A stretch of DNA of 64,000 nucleotides from Octopus bimaculoides (Eukaryota). Shown here one piece after another: positions 37,960 through 51,005 of this stretch. The position numbers and the translations under genes are program-made. Location of the stretch: NCBI RefSeq assembly GCF_001194135.2, contig NC_068986.1:10892294-10956293 (forward strand), written 5' to 3'. The notes under the pieces are model-generated. The model was given only the letters and a program-made list of their open reading frames with translations. It had not been told where the DNA came from and did not search any database. The stretch's first letter is position 1; the number at the start of each line of letters is the position of its first letter.

Positions 37960-38740
37960 NNNNNNNNNNNNNNNNNNNNNNNNNNNNNNNNNNNNNNNNN
38001 NNNNNNNNNNNNNNNNNNNNNNNNNNNNNNNNNNNNNNNNNNNNNNNNNNNNNNNNNNNNNNNNNNNNNNNNNNNNNNNNNNNNNNNNNNNNNNNNNNNN
38101 NNNNNNNNNNNNNNNNNNNNNNNNNNNNNNNNNNNNNNNNNNNNNNNNNNNNNNNNNNNNNNNNNNNNNNNNNNNNNNNNNNNNNNNNNNNNNNNNNNNN
38201 NNNNNNNNNNNNNNNNNNNNNNNNNNNNNNNNNNNNNNNNNNNNNNNNNNNNNNNNNNNNNNNNNNNNNNNNNNNNNNNNNNNNNNNNNNNNNNNNNNNN
38301 NNNNNNNNNNNNNNNNNNNNNNNNNNNNNNNNNNNNNNNNNNNNNNNNNNNNNNNNNNNNNNNNNNNNNNNNNNNNNNNNNNNNNNNNNNNNNNNNNNNN
38401 NNNNNNNNNNNNNNNNNNNNNNNNNNNNNNNNNNNNNNNNNNNNNNNNNNNNNNNNNNNNNNNNNNNNNNNNNNNNNNNNNNNNNNNNNNNNNNNNNNNN
38501 NNNNNNNNNNNNNNNNNNNNNNNNNNNNNNNNNNNNNNNNNNNNNNNNNNNNNNNNNNNNNNNNNNNNNNNNNNNNNNNNNNNNNNNNNNNNNNNNNNNN
38601 NNNNNNNNNNNNNNNNNNNNNNNNNNNNNNNNNNNNNNNNNNNNNNNNNNNNNNNNNNNNNNNNNNNNNNNNNNNNNNNNNNNNNNNNNNNNNNNNNNNN
38701 NNNNNNNNNNNNNNNNNNNNNNNNNNNNNNNNNNNNNNNN

Positions 38741-39256
38741 AAAAGGCTCTTAAACAAACTGAAAAATCCAGCAGAAGATTTGATTTGGTTTTTCTCAAAT
38801 GAGAAAAACTTCGACTAAGATCAAAAAGTTAACAGAAGAAATGACAGATGGTTATGTGCAGACCCTTCTGAAGTTCCAAGTGTTATGCATACAAAATTTC
38901 CTGCAACTGTCATGGTTTTAAGGGTTGTCAGCAATGAAAGACATGTGATGCCTCCTTACTTCTTTCCACAAGGCCTTACAGTTAACTCTGCTGCCTACAT
39001 TGAGGTCCTAGAAATAATTGTTAAGCCCTGAATAGACCGCACATGCAATGGAAGGCCATATGTGTTTCAGTAAGATTCTGCACTATCATACATGGCTCTG
39101 GTAACATAAGAATGGATGGCTGAAAATTATCATGATCACATAGCCCCTAACATTTGGCCTCCTAATTCCCCAGATCTCAATCCATTGGACTATTACACGT
39201 AGAACGCTGTTGAGGGAGAGGTCAAGGAACATGCCCATAACACCAAAGATTCTTTG
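38741..39256 (+). mobile_element. maT-type (DD37D) transposase fragment
   Basis: FQ*D-x37-D ending WPPNSPDLNPLDYY; bounded by N gaps. Confidence 0.8.
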
Positions 39257-40343
39257 NNNNNNNNNNTATCTTACGCACTCTGTACACACACACACACACG
39301 TACACACACAAAACTTTGCTTTTTTCCTGTTTTTTCTCATCTATTTTTCCCTACCACTCCCTCCTCTTTTTTCTTTCTTCTCATGTCTAAAACGTCAAGA
39401 CTTTCCCTTCCTTTATAAACATTCAGCTAATATAATACTTGTTAAAATTTGTCCATTCAATATGGCTGTGTGGCAAGAAGTTTGCTTCTCAACCAGATGG
39501 TTCTGGGTGGCTATATCAGTTCAAAAGGTAACCGAGATGCTACAAAAACAAAACCAATGGAAGGTACCAGAAAATGTTAAAATCTCGAATATCCATTTAA
39601 AATATTTTAATAAGCAAACCCAAAGTGCTAAGAAAGCTATTTCATAGCACCTAGCAGCCTCATCATTGAGAAGGAAAAAAATCAATTCAATCTAAATTCT
39701 AAAGAAAAGGTATACCCTAAAAATTTGACTTTATACAACTTACAGTCTGAATTGCAGAAACGTCAAGGAAGATAAATATACACCGGATATCGAGATAAAA
39801 TGAAGTTTATTGTTTTCTCTTCTTTGCAAAATTCTTGATATGAACTCGTGTGTTGAGACATTTTTTTGCATCTCAAGAAGGTCCTTATGCCAATAATACG
39901 TGCACTGGCTTTATTTCACTTCTTTATTATTTATTTGTCATTAGATAATCTATTTAACAAATCAATTAATCATTCAGTTAATCAATCAGCTTGGTTTGTC
40001 AAAGTTTTCTTGTCACAATTCGTGACCTCAGTGACGTGCCTTGCCTACTCGGGGTCTATTTGGAGCGATTAATCAAACAATCAATTCGTTAATTGGCTAA
40101 ATAGTTAACCAATTGACGACTAATAAAGAAGCGAACTAGAACCAGTGCCTGTGCATAATGACCCTGCCAAGATACAAACAAAATTATTCCAAGAAAAGTA
40201 GAAAGAATGTTTCTGATGGTGTGTAAGGAAGAAAAGAATGTCTGTTCAACAAAACTAATCAAACACTATAGAAAAAAAAAGAAGGATCTAAAAATGATAG
40301 ATTGATGGCTAAAAGTTATGTTTACTAAAATTACTGATATCAG

Positions 40344-41212
40344 TTACTTTATAAACAATGGATAGTTAAGGAAAGTGCTCAGTTGCCATCTGAACTCCAA
40401 AAAGCTTTGAAATATGTGACATACAGAACTGTTCCTTATTTTTCTATCCAATAATTACACAACTGCTTCTATTTTTCTGTTTCTTTATTTTTCTATCTGA
40501 TAATTACACAACTGTTCCTTGTCGTTCTATCTTTTTTTTTTATAAAAGAATCTTAAAGTATTCAGGTGGCGGGTATGGCTTTGCTGAAAACAACTTTCAT
40601 AACAAATCATGAAAACATAAAATTACCATTTATGTATCAAATCTAATGTATATATACACCATTGAAAGGCATGATGCTGTGGATTTTGTCTGAGAGAAAA
40701 TCTCTTTATTGACATGCTGTGTTAAAAACACAGTGTATATGAGAGCAAGACAAATATCATCTCAACAGTAACTCCTGAGAATGACAGACATGTTTCAGCC
40801 TTTTTGGGCCTTGTCCATAATGTGTACCCAGTTGCTACATACCTAGGTAAAATCTCTGTCACCTCTGATACATAGAGAACAGTGAATAATGCATTTGCTG
40901 ATATTGCAGAAAGCTTACCAGGCTGAAATAAACTCATTGTATGCAACAGGAATTGACTACATACATAATGTATGTTGAGTATGATACACAGGTGGTTACT
41001 TTAATCTAATGCTGTTTCAATTGTTTATTTTATGAAAACATAGGTTAAGAACTGCTGCACTTTTTGGAGAATTCTGTGATACAGCCAAGAAGCATAACCT
41101 TCAAGATATTGATGTGGATGAATTACATGGAGCATATGGGACACTTGAGGCAATTATTAATATTCTTCAGCCATTAAGTTATTCAGTAAATCTGGAGCAG
41201 ATGAATGCTTGA
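40344..41212 (+). CDS. Candidate compact multi-exon gene B (exons about 40344-40415, 40566-40633, 40734-40846, 40914-40938, 41044-41212), unidentified protein
   Basis: AG/GT-bounded open segments join by hand in phase to LLYKQWIVKESAQLPSELQKALKY-VAGMALLKTTFITNHENIKLPF-I-VYESKTNIISTVTPENDRHVSAFLGLVHNVYPVATYL-AYQAEINS-LLRTAALFGEFCDTAKKHNLQDIDVDELHGAYGTLEAIINILQPLSYSVNLEQMNA*. Several splice sites are weak and the fourth exon is uncertain. Confidence 0.45.
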
Positions 41213-41374
41213 AGCTGTGCTCACACAGAATGACATTAATTTTTTTTTAATGATAACTTTAGGTTGGAAAAGTAACATTTGCTTATGTCTGTTGATCAAA
41301 GTGGAACTCCTAATATGTAACAGCCATGTTAAAAAAAATCCTGGCTAATAGAAATCTCTTGGAGATGATAAATA

Positions 41375-42350
41375 AAGGGTATCAAGTGTATCAGCCCCTT
41401 CCTGGTTACCATAGTCTCCCTGGCCATAATATAAGAATTTAGGACTGGTTGCCCTTGGGAGCTCCTCTATGCCAATGACCTTATTCGTATAGCTAAATTG
41501 ATACTACAATTAGAGAAGAAATTTCAGGTGTGGAAACAACGGCTGGAATCAAAGGGCCTTAGAGTTAATTCAGCAAAGACCAAAGTACAAGTAAGTAGGA
41601 AAGCAGACAAATTATTGATCCCTTCAGGGAAATGGCACTGCTCAATATGTAGTAAGGTGTAGGTAGGAATTCTATACAGTGTACCCAGTGCAAGCAATGA
41701 ACACATAAGAAGTGCAGTTAAATCAGAGTTAGGTTAACTGAGAGTCTTTGTGTGTGGTAGATGTGCAGGTACAATAAACACTAACAACATACAGAAAATA
41801 GACTTCCTCAAATATCTAGGGGGATCCTTAGAGGTAGTAGATACTTTCTGCTACCTAGGTGACCAAATTGGCTGTAGAAGAAGTTACTCTGAAAGCATAG
41901 TTGCTAGAATAAAAATTGGCTGGACAAAGTTCATAAAGCTATAACCAATACCGGTAACAATAGACTTCTCCTTCAGAGTAAAAGACAGATTGTACGAAGC
42001 CTGCGTATGGGCTCGAAGCTGCAGAGGACATGCAAAGGTTTGAAAGAAGTGAAGCCAGTATGCTCCACTGGATGTGCAATGTTAATGTGTAGGTTCCACC
42101 TGCTCATTAAATTGGGTATAAGAGGTGTCAGATGTACCAGGGAGAAGACTCTGCTAGTATGGTCATGTGAGGCATATGGGTGAGGAGAGCTGCACAAACA
42201 AGTGCTGATCTCTGAATGTAGAGGATATCTCTGGAAGAGGAAGACATGGGATGAAGTGGTGAGAAATGCTCTTCAGATGTTGAGTCTGAAGACAATTGGA
42301 TTAAGACAATTGGTAATTTGCTTGAGAAGACTTGTCCAGCTAAGTAAAAT
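41375..42350 (+). mobile_element. RTE-clade LINE RT fragment, same family as 55681-56925
   Basis: CPWELLYAND (YADD variant), RLESKGLRVN, degenerate C4HC3 motif, LEVVDTFCYLGD. Confidence 0.8.
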
Positions 42351-42440
42351 CAAGGCCATAAAAGCATGTCCTTGTGTCTTTTATCTTCATATCTCCTCTC
42401 TTCCCACGCACAATCTTTCCTCCGACAAACCTTCCCCACA

Positions 42441-42485
<45 letters not shown>

Positions 42486-42984
42486 CACTATTTATTAAAT
42501 ATCATCTGGGTAATAACCTCATATACTGTTATCAGCTATCATATGGCATCATATAACAGGATTATCTATTTTACTGGATATACATGTACAAATCTGTTAG
42601 TGTACATAGAATTCATATAAAAATTTATGAAACAAGATAGAACGAACAGGTTTTAACATTGGTAACAGCTGCTGCTGAGTTTTTCATAGCATACTATTAT
42701 ATAAATAAATAAATAAATAAATAAATNNNNNNNNNNNNNNNNNNNNNNNNNNNNNNNNNNNNNNNNNNNNNNNNNNNNNNNNNNNNNNNNNNNNNNNNNN
42801 NNNNNNNNNNNNNNNNNNNNNNNNNNNNNNNNNNNNNNNNNNNNNNNNNNNNNNNNNNNNNNNNNNNNNNNNNNNNNNNNNNNNNNNNNNNNNNNNNNNN
42901 NNNNNNNNNNNNNNNNNNNNNNNNNNNNNNNNNNNNNNNNNNNNNNNNNNNNNNNNNNNGTGTGTGTGTGTGTGTGTGTGTGGT

Positions 42985-43305
42985 ATACACTGTCATCGTC
43001 ACTGGATTATCATCTCTTCGACCCCGTGAAAGAGGGTTTGAGAAGCAAACATTATTCCAGTGACGAGGAAGTGAAAACTGTAGTGAAGAAGTGGCTCAAA
43101 GAACAGTCAACGGAATTTTATGGGGCAATGATACATGCTCTCATTTGAAAGTGGAACGTTGCTATTGAGAGAAATGGTGACTATGTTGAGAAGTAGGGAT
43201 GTGATCCACAGACGACCAGCTTAATTTTGATGTATGATACATGTTCCTGTGTGGATAATTATACCTGTCCTAAACAAAATGGCATTACTTTTTGACTTAA
43301 CCTCA
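42985..43305 (+). mobile_element. Mariner 3' fragment with right TIR
   Basis: DYHLFDPVKEGLRSKHYSSDEEVK...KWNVAIERNGDYVEK; ends ttactttttgacttaacctca|TA. Confidence 0.8.
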
Positions 43306-43403
43306 TAATAAAAGTAGTGAACACAAAATGAAAGAAGACAAGACAGGAGGGACAAGTTTTGACAAATATTGTATTAGCTTTATGCTGAAAAGGAAGGGAA
43401 AGG

Positions 43404-43442
43404 GTCCTGACATTTTGGATGGTAGTCCTTCATCAGAAGAAC
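43404..43442 (-). ncRNA. Degenerate minimal type I hammerhead ribozyme in a Penelope-like terminus
   Basis: Minus strand: gttctt-CTGATGA-a-gga ctacca tcc-aAAA-tGTC-aggac. The CUGAUGA core is intact; GAAACGTC is altered at two CpG positions. Confidence 0.45.
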
Positions 43443-44309
43443 AATACAAAAGTAAAGGAGTAGATTGAAAGAGAAAAAGTGGCTGGAGAGAAAAAAAAAA
43501 AAAGAAGCCAGTATATTATGAAGTCAATTCAATTGACCAAATTCTTCAAAGCGCTACCCTAGCTGTGCTAATGATTGAAACAAGTAAAAGAAAACACACA
43601 CACACATTCACCACATAATATGCATAATATGGTTCACGGATATCTTCACATAGAGCTTGTTATTTTTTAGTTTTCTCATCTGTCACAGTTTTCACTGTGA
43701 ATGAGTCACTCTTATATTTGTCAACTTCATTACTTCACATTCAAGACATCCTTGTGACCTATGATACTTCGAAACATGATATTTTTTTTTTGACATGATG
43801 ATGATAATGATGATCTACCATCTCTAACGGCGTGCTATTCAATTGCACTTCACCCCTTAACTCATAATCCTTACATTACAACGCTATAGCAGTATAACAC
43901 ACAAAATCGTGAAACTTATCCCAATTTTTTTTGGTACATTCAGAATTAAATGTAGCTTCGTTTTTTTGTTCGTTCCCTTTTGGTTCTTAACAGACTTGAC
44001 ATAAGAACAAAATTATCACGAACCACTCTCCACTGTAGTTTTAGGAAAACTTCTTGCTCATGTTGTCATATAAACATGACTTGTAGCAATGTGAACAGAA
44101 GGTGAGTAGCCATTTTTGTATTTTGTTTTTTATATTTAACATCACATGACATCACATGCTAAGTAAATTTTTATATTTACTTATGTTCAAATTATTCTTT
44201 ACAAGTAAAGACAGAGCAATGGTTTGGTAGAACTGGTAGAATGTCAAACAAATAATGTTTGATATAATTTATAATAATACAAATAATAGAACTGGTAGAA
44301 TGTCAAACA

Positions 44310-44393
<84 letters not shown>

Positions 44394-44405
44394 AAGAAGA
44401 AGAAG
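44310..44405. repeat. (AAT)n(AAG)n compound microsatellite; the reverse-complement type lies at 63553-63690
   Basis: Directly visible. Confidence 0.95.
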
Positions 44406-45034
44406 ACTTGGACCTGCCCCATGATAAAAACTGGTGGGTACACAAACCACCTCCAGTGCTTGAAAATGACCACATCTCACTCCTCTGGAACTTCACCTTT
44501 CAAACTGAGAGAAAGATAGATGCAAATAGGCCAGACCTCATATTGAAGGACTTCAGACAAAAATCATGCCTCCTCATTGATATGACTGTCCCAATTGATA
44601 TAAACATATCTGTCAAGACCTAACAAAAACTGAGCAAGTATAAAGATCTTGAAATAGAAATTGGCAAAATGTGGAACCTCAAGACTAAAACAATACCTGT
44701 TGTCACAGGTGCCCTAGGAATGATAGCAAAAGGGGCTGATTGCTACCTAGCTCAGATACCAGGAAACCTCAAAATGGCAGAAATTCAAAAAGATAGTGCT
44801 CATGGGAACTGCCCATATCCTACGTAAAATACTGTCTATGTAATCTCAAATTTTAAAACAAACTCATGATTTTCTCATGTTTTCTTAAACATGCTCTAGA
44901 ACAATACAATGTACAAAACCAAATATACGGTACCCTAGGCATAACACCAACATGAACTTCTAACTTGTTGTCTCTTGAGGTCTCCGAGGGAGACTTGGAG
45001 CCAACTTGTACAAATACAAAGCAAAAGTCAAACA

Positions 45035-45035
<1 letters not shown>
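44406..45035 (+). mobile_element. R4/Dong-like LINE 3' fragment with restriction-like endonuclease (RLE) domain
   Basis: LLWNFTFQTERKIDANRPDLILKD...LIDMTVPID...KLSKYKDL...IPVVTGALG is a PD-D RLE signature. The fragment is flanked by (AAT)n/(AAG)n and (ATT)n(AAT)n. Confidence 0.85.
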
Positions 45036-45120
<85 letters not shown>

Positions 45121-45121
<1 letters not shown>

Positions 45122-45525
45122 CGAATCCAGACATAGTGTTAATTGAGAAAAAAAGCAAACAATGCTGGATCATAGATATAGCATGCCCAGCTGACAACAA
45201 GGTATGCGATAAGGAAGAGAGAAAAGTCGAGAAATATAGCAGGTTAGCTTGGGAGGTTAAGCAGTTGTGGTCGCTGAAAAAGGTGGTAGTAGTACCAATA
45301 ATTGTCAGAGCCCTGGGAACAGTGAGTAAAAATCTTGGGAAGTACGTGGAACAAATAGGGACTGCAATAAGGATGGAGCACTTGCAGAAAACAGCACTGT
45401 TTAGAACCGCTTGAATACTCTGGATGGTGCTTGAAAAATAAGAGGTGTTGTGTTACTTTAGTTCACTGGTAGTGAACAGTTGGCACTGTAGTACATCTCC
45501 AGCATTAGAAGCTGCTGAAAGACAA
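45121..45525 (+). mobile_element. R4/Dong-like LINE 3' fragment, second subfamily
   Basis: NPDIVLIEKKSKQCWIIDIACPAD...KVEKY...VVVVPII.RALG, with (AAT)n on both sides. Confidence 0.85.
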
Positions 45526-46338
45526 TAAATAATAATAATAATAATAACATATAATGAGCTTCCACACAGTTTTCATCTACCAAATTTATTCACAGTTCTT
45601 TGGTTGACCTGAGGCTATCGTAGAAGACACTTGTTGAAGGTGCCCCTCCACATACACACACACACACTGTGGGACTGAACCTAAAGCTACATGGTTGTAA
45701 AGCAAGCTTGTTAACCACACAGCCATACTGGCTTTTTAATCAGATCACAGAAAGGAAAGGAATACAAATTAGTGCCCAGCCCTGCTCAAGTTGTTGCCAG
45801 ACTGACGAGAGAAAAGTATTCTAAAGTCAGACACTCTAACCTAAAGTTAAAACATGTGGTCAGCTTAAAATCCTATCCAAGGTCCATTCTTCCTGCAGAC
45901 GAAGATGCAGGTTTGAGAATTGTGGTCATTATCATCATCGTCGTCATCGTCACCGTTTAACATCCATTTTCCATGCTGGCATGGGTTGGACGGTTTGACT
46001 GAGGACTGGCAAACCAAAAGGCTGCACCAGGCTCCAATATGACCTGGCAAAGTTTCTACAGCTGATGCCCTTCCTAACGCCAATCACTCCAAGTAGTGGG
46101 TGCTTTTTATGTGCCACTGGCATGAGGGTCAGTTAGGTGGCACTGGCAACAACCATGCTCGAATGGTGCTTTTTACATGCCACTAGCATGGGAGCCAGTC
46201 AGGCAGTACTGGCATCGACCACACTCAAATGATGCTTTTTTATGTGCCACAGGCACGGGCGCCAGTCAGGCGGCACGGGCGCCAGTCAGGCGGCACTGGC
46301 ACTGGCGGTAATTGATGTTGTAGCTGTAGCAGTATATA

Positions 46339-46760
46339 CAAGGTGCAGTCAAAAAGTATCTGACCTTGATTTTTTGAGGCACAAAATAATGCGTGGGCAA
46401 AATCTGCTCGTTCTGCCCATGTTGTCCAAGAATTCCTCATCAAGCAAAACACACACCACTTGTTCGTCAGGCTTTTTACCCGCCAGACTTGGCTCTGTAT
46501 AACTTTCAGCTATTCCCAAAGCTAAAAAAAAGAAACACTCAAAGGGAGAAGATTTGAGTCAACAGAGAACATTAAGCAAAATTTGACAGCACAGCTCGAC
46601 AGCATCCCAAAAAGAGATTTCCAGAAATGTTTCCAACAGTGGCAGAAGTGTGTAGACTCCCAGAACGAATTCTTTGAAGGAGTCTAAATTAAAATGGTGA
46701 GTTTTTTTTAATATTAGTTATTTTTTGTCCAAAGGTTGAATACTTTTTGACTACACCTCA
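46339..46760 (+). mobile_element. Internally deleted mariner with both 21-bp TIRs and TA TSDs
   Basis: TA|caaggtgcagtcaaaaagtat ... atactttttgactacacctca|TA; the interior resembles a mariner C-terminus. Confidence 0.85.
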
Positions 46761-48256
46761 TATTGTGAATATGTATGACCTTGTGGTTAAGATGTTGCAT
46801 TCATGATCTCAGGATCGTAGTTCAATTTCCAGACCAGGCGGTGCATTGTCTTCTTGAGCAAAACACTTCATTTCACATTGTTGCGTTCCGTTCAGCTGTA
46901 AATTAGTAACCCTGCAACAGACTGGCATCCCTCTCAGAGGAAATGTTGTGATCTTGGTCACCATGGAAACCAGGTAACCAGCCTTATGAGTCCTGGGACT
47001 TGAGACTGTAATATCTGGGGAGGACTAAGGGGCTGTAATATCTGGGGGGAGAGGGGGGTCGTATTTATTGTTGGAGTCATTGTTTAACCCCAGGTAAACC
47101 CAAATCAAGTAGGATCACAGCAAAAGGCATTCCAGCCATGACTGGGCCTTCTTTTTATATATCAAGAACTACATTCTTTTCTATGTTTTTTTTTTTTGCT
47201 GTGGCTGGGCGTCATTTAAGAGACATTTGTCTGTCGTTTCTAACAGGTCAAGTTGCCACTTTGAGATGACTTTGTTGATTCATTATTGTTGAAGCTGTTA
47301 TAGTTTCTGCAGCAGCAGCAGTAACAGTGGCAGTGGTGGCAGTGGTGGTGGTGGTGGTGGNNNNNNNNNNNNNNNNNNNNNNNNNNNNNNNNNNNNNNNN
47401 NNNNNNNNNNNNNNNNNNNNNNNNNNNNNNNNNNNNNNNNNNNNNNNNNNNNNNNNNNNNNNNNNNNNNNNNNNNNNNNNNNNNNNNNNNNNNNNNNNNN
47501 NNNNNNNNNNNNNNNNNNNNNNNNNNNNNNNNNNNNNNNNNNNNNNNNNNNNNNNNNNNNNNNNNNNNNNNNNNNNNNNNNNNNNNNNNNNNNNNNNNNN
47601 NNNNNNNNNNNNNNNNNNNNNNNNNNNNNNNNNNNNNNNNNNNNNNNNNNNNNNNNNNNNNNNNNNNNNNNNNNNNNNNNNNNNNNNNNNNNNNNNNNNN
47701 NNNNNNNNNNNNNNNNNNNNNNNNNNNNNNNNNNNNNNNNNNNNNNNNNNNNNNNNNNNNNNNNNNNNTTTTTTTTTTTTTTTTTTTTGGTATTTCAAAG
47801 TATTCTTGGATTTTGTTTGGGACACCTTTAATAACTCTATATGATTACCAGCCCTTTTGGGCAATCCTTTCTTGTTGTTACTTTATTGTTCTTTATTTTT
47901 TTGTTATTACTTTTTATTGCCACCACCACCACCACAATCACTACCACCACCACCACCGCCATCATCATCGTCATTTAATGTCCATCTACCATGCTGGTAT
48001 GAATTGGATGGTTTGTCAAGAATCCTACAAATCAAGGACGGCATCTTATTCCAATTGTCAGCTTTGATGTGGTTTCTACAGATGGATGCCTTTCCTAATG
48101 CCAACCCCTTTACACTGTGAACCATTTATTCCCCCATCTGTTGTTTTTCTTCTTCTTTTTTTATATTTCATCTTTTAATGATTCCCAACATTTTGGGGCT
48201 TTGTGACCAATAAAAATTATTGGCAGAATTGTTAAGGGGTCAGGAAAAGGGATTAA

Positions 48257-48475
48257 CCCTTTTGTTACTGAATTTATTTGAGATGCTCTGTGTTTCTTTC
48301 AATTACTCAAATATAACAAAGAATTTAGTAAAATAACTTAGTTATCATTCAGCTAGTGTTAGGAACATAAATTGTGACCAAGGTTTAGTGGAAGATTTTA
48401 GTTTAAAACTTATGAAAACAAAACATTTGTACTCAGAACCAGGGGCCGGTTTCAGGTGGGTTGATAACGAAAGAG
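48257..48475. mobile_element. Third piggyBac-type MITE copy, inverted
   Basis: TTAA|cccttttgttac...gataacgaaagag|TTAA; the body is the reverse complement of 16890-17083. Confidence 0.8.
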
Positions 48476-48822
48476 TTAATGGCATTTCGTCTGGCTTTTT
48501 ATGCTCTGAGTTCAAATTCCACCAAGTTCGCTTTGTCTTTCATTCTTTTAGTTGGGGTGGGGTCCATAGAAATAAGTTTCAGTGAAATTTCCCCCTATTT
48601 GTAAAAAAAAAAGGTTTTATATTTCGGCATAAAAATAAGTTCGATTTTGTCATCAAATGATAAAAAAATATTTATGAGGTTGGCATCCGCTGTGGTGGCA
48701 GTAGGAGAAGTCTGCCACAAAAGTGATAGTAAGAATTATATCTCCCACCTACCAAAAACCAACAGATTTTTGTCAAGAATAGAGAGAAAAAGAGAAAATG
48801 ACAGTTACAGAGGTATGTATAT

Positions 48823-49390
48823 TAGGGTGGAGTGAAAATGAAAAATTGTGGAAGTGTAAACTCCAGTTTGGTTTCAAATCAAAGGCATACAATCATGCAG
48901 CTTTGGATCTCTGCATTTATTTCAAATGATTAAGCTTTCAAGATATCTTCCAAATTAATATCAAAGGATTATTGATAATGTCATCCAAAGAAATGGGTTT
49001 TTCACCCACCCAGAGAACATTCTTTTGAGCATGTTGTGTGATGATCAAGATCACATCCATGAACTCACAATAAGAAGGATCCTTTCATTTCGACATTCAA
49101 AACAACATGAACATCCCATCAGAATATTTCAAGTGCGGAAATAAACTTTTCAACCAGAGAGCACACCGAGCTCATATTGTATATTGCAAGGTATAGTGTG
49201 TTGTTGTCCAAGAAATACAGCTAGGAAACAGGTAAGAATGGAAGTGTGATACTTGTCTCTTGCCAAAAACAAGAGGCTTTCACGTGTCCTAAAAAGATCA
49301 GCTAGATGCTCTGACCAATATATGAATGATGCCATTTCCCTCAACTAGTTTTAAGCATCTAAAAGTTTGTACAAGATTGTGGATGAAGCA
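48823..49390 (+). mobile_element. DNA transposase remnant, probably hAT/hATm-like
   Basis: Begins TAGGGTG, a terminus recalled for hATm. Translation NVIQRNG.F.HPENILLSMLCDDQDHIHELTIRRIL resembles a widespread transposase motif. Family assignment is from memory. Confidence 0.5.
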
Positions 49391-49439
49391 AGCCAACAGG
49401 CTGAGTTAGTGTGTCATACACTTATCCATGGGTTGGTGT

Positions 49440-49760
49440 CACTATACATAGAGAGGAGGTGGAATACAAAGGTCACAGCCACAGACATTAGTGGTGATGG
49501 TGACCCCTGGTTCATTTTCATCTTTACAATACAGTAGAGGTAGGTGGTTAGCAGATGACATAAAATTATTTGTGGTCAGGTGGGTTGTGCATGGATATGC
49601 AAGTCCTAATGATCTCCTAAACACTACAAGATTATTCCAGAGCTCTAACACACAGCAAAGGCAGAAATGAAAGCTATCAGTCTTGTGGTGTACAGCAGAA
49701 ATCCCAGTTGCTATACATGTGGCAGTAACAGTCACTTGAGGCTTTTATACTCAGAAAAGT
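49440..49760 (+). mobile_element. Possible gag/ORF1 zinc-knuckle remnant
   Basis: CYTCGSNSHLR at about 49709-49741; the final Cys is not seen. Confidence 0.25.
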
Positions 49761-50945
49761 TGGAGAAGCAGAGGAAATAACAACAGCAGACATCCAAAAA
49801 AATGATAAATTTAAGTTAATTGTTTGTATCTATTCTATTTAGTTCTCAAAACTTGTGTAGTGAGACTCCAGCTGAAATTTGAGCTATAGCTCTCAGGTTT
49901 TCCTAGTGTCGACCCATGAACTTATATATTCCATAAAAAGTAAATGTTGCCATAAAACATAACACCTACATACATATAGCTCAACCAATCAGCACTGGCT
50001 GACTTATAAAGATTGAGGCGCCAAAACTTCAAAGGAAGTGAGTTCTCTTGCCAAATAGATTGGCTGAAAATTCTAGAAAGATGACTAACAGCTATAAAAA
50101 GACAGGAAAATTCAACTTAACTAGGGAGCCACTGCTGTCTAATGGAATCTATATCACTTCTCTCAACAAGTTGTTCTCTCTCTCCCTCTTTCAATTTTAA
50201 GTAACATGTCCATGTTGTAGTTGAGAAAAGGCACTAATCTTTACTTGTGGTATCCAGTCACATTCATTAATTACATGAAATGATTAATTTCCTTGCTCTA
50301 TCTTCATTTAGCAAGTGGTAGGCAGAAGATTTCTAACAGTTAAGTTCATCAGACATTAATTCATTAATTCATTGAATGTACATTTGTATTGAATGCATGT
50401 TTGTAAATATAACAATGCAGATTAGTAAAATACATGAAAACTCAGTCAAACTTTAGTAATGTCATTGTCAATACGTGCAACCTTGTTAACATGTAGACAG
50501 AAAAATACATGATGAAGCACCACACTAAATGTGCAAGAGGAAACTAATAAGGCATCATGTATATGTTGAATAAAATCAAATAATTTTGAAACCATGGATA
50601 TATTGCTCAATAGATAATGAATAAAAAGGGGACCTAGAATGAAGCCATTAGAGAGAGGTAGATAGCATAATATTTGACTATTTTATTCAACAAATTGATT
50701 CAATTTGTGAGGTAAATGTGAAATATTTGATGTATTTGGTAATTCCATAGAATCGTTAGCATGCCATGCAAAATGCTTAGTGGCTTTTTGCCCAGCCTTA
50801 CATTTTAAGTTCAAATTCTGCTGAGGTCAGCTTTGCCTTTCATCCTTTGAGGGTTGATAAAATAAGTACCAGTAGAACACTGGGGTTGATGTAATTTACT
50901 ATTCCATGCCCCCAAATTTCAGGCCTCGTGCTTCCAGTAGAAAGA

Positions 50946-51005
<60 letters not shown>

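Noticed and set aside
40734-41080. Loose resemblance of gene B peptides to the IFI44-like C-terminus (VYxS, VSAxLG, LRxxxxFGE)
   Set aside because: From memory only; the upstream exons lack the expected IFI44 motifs, so no symbol was assigned.
45800-45835. ctgacga...aaagtc hammerhead-like string (also 50325-50350 on the minus strand)
   Set aside because: Stem I or stem II cannot be paired and GAAA/GUH is incomplete.
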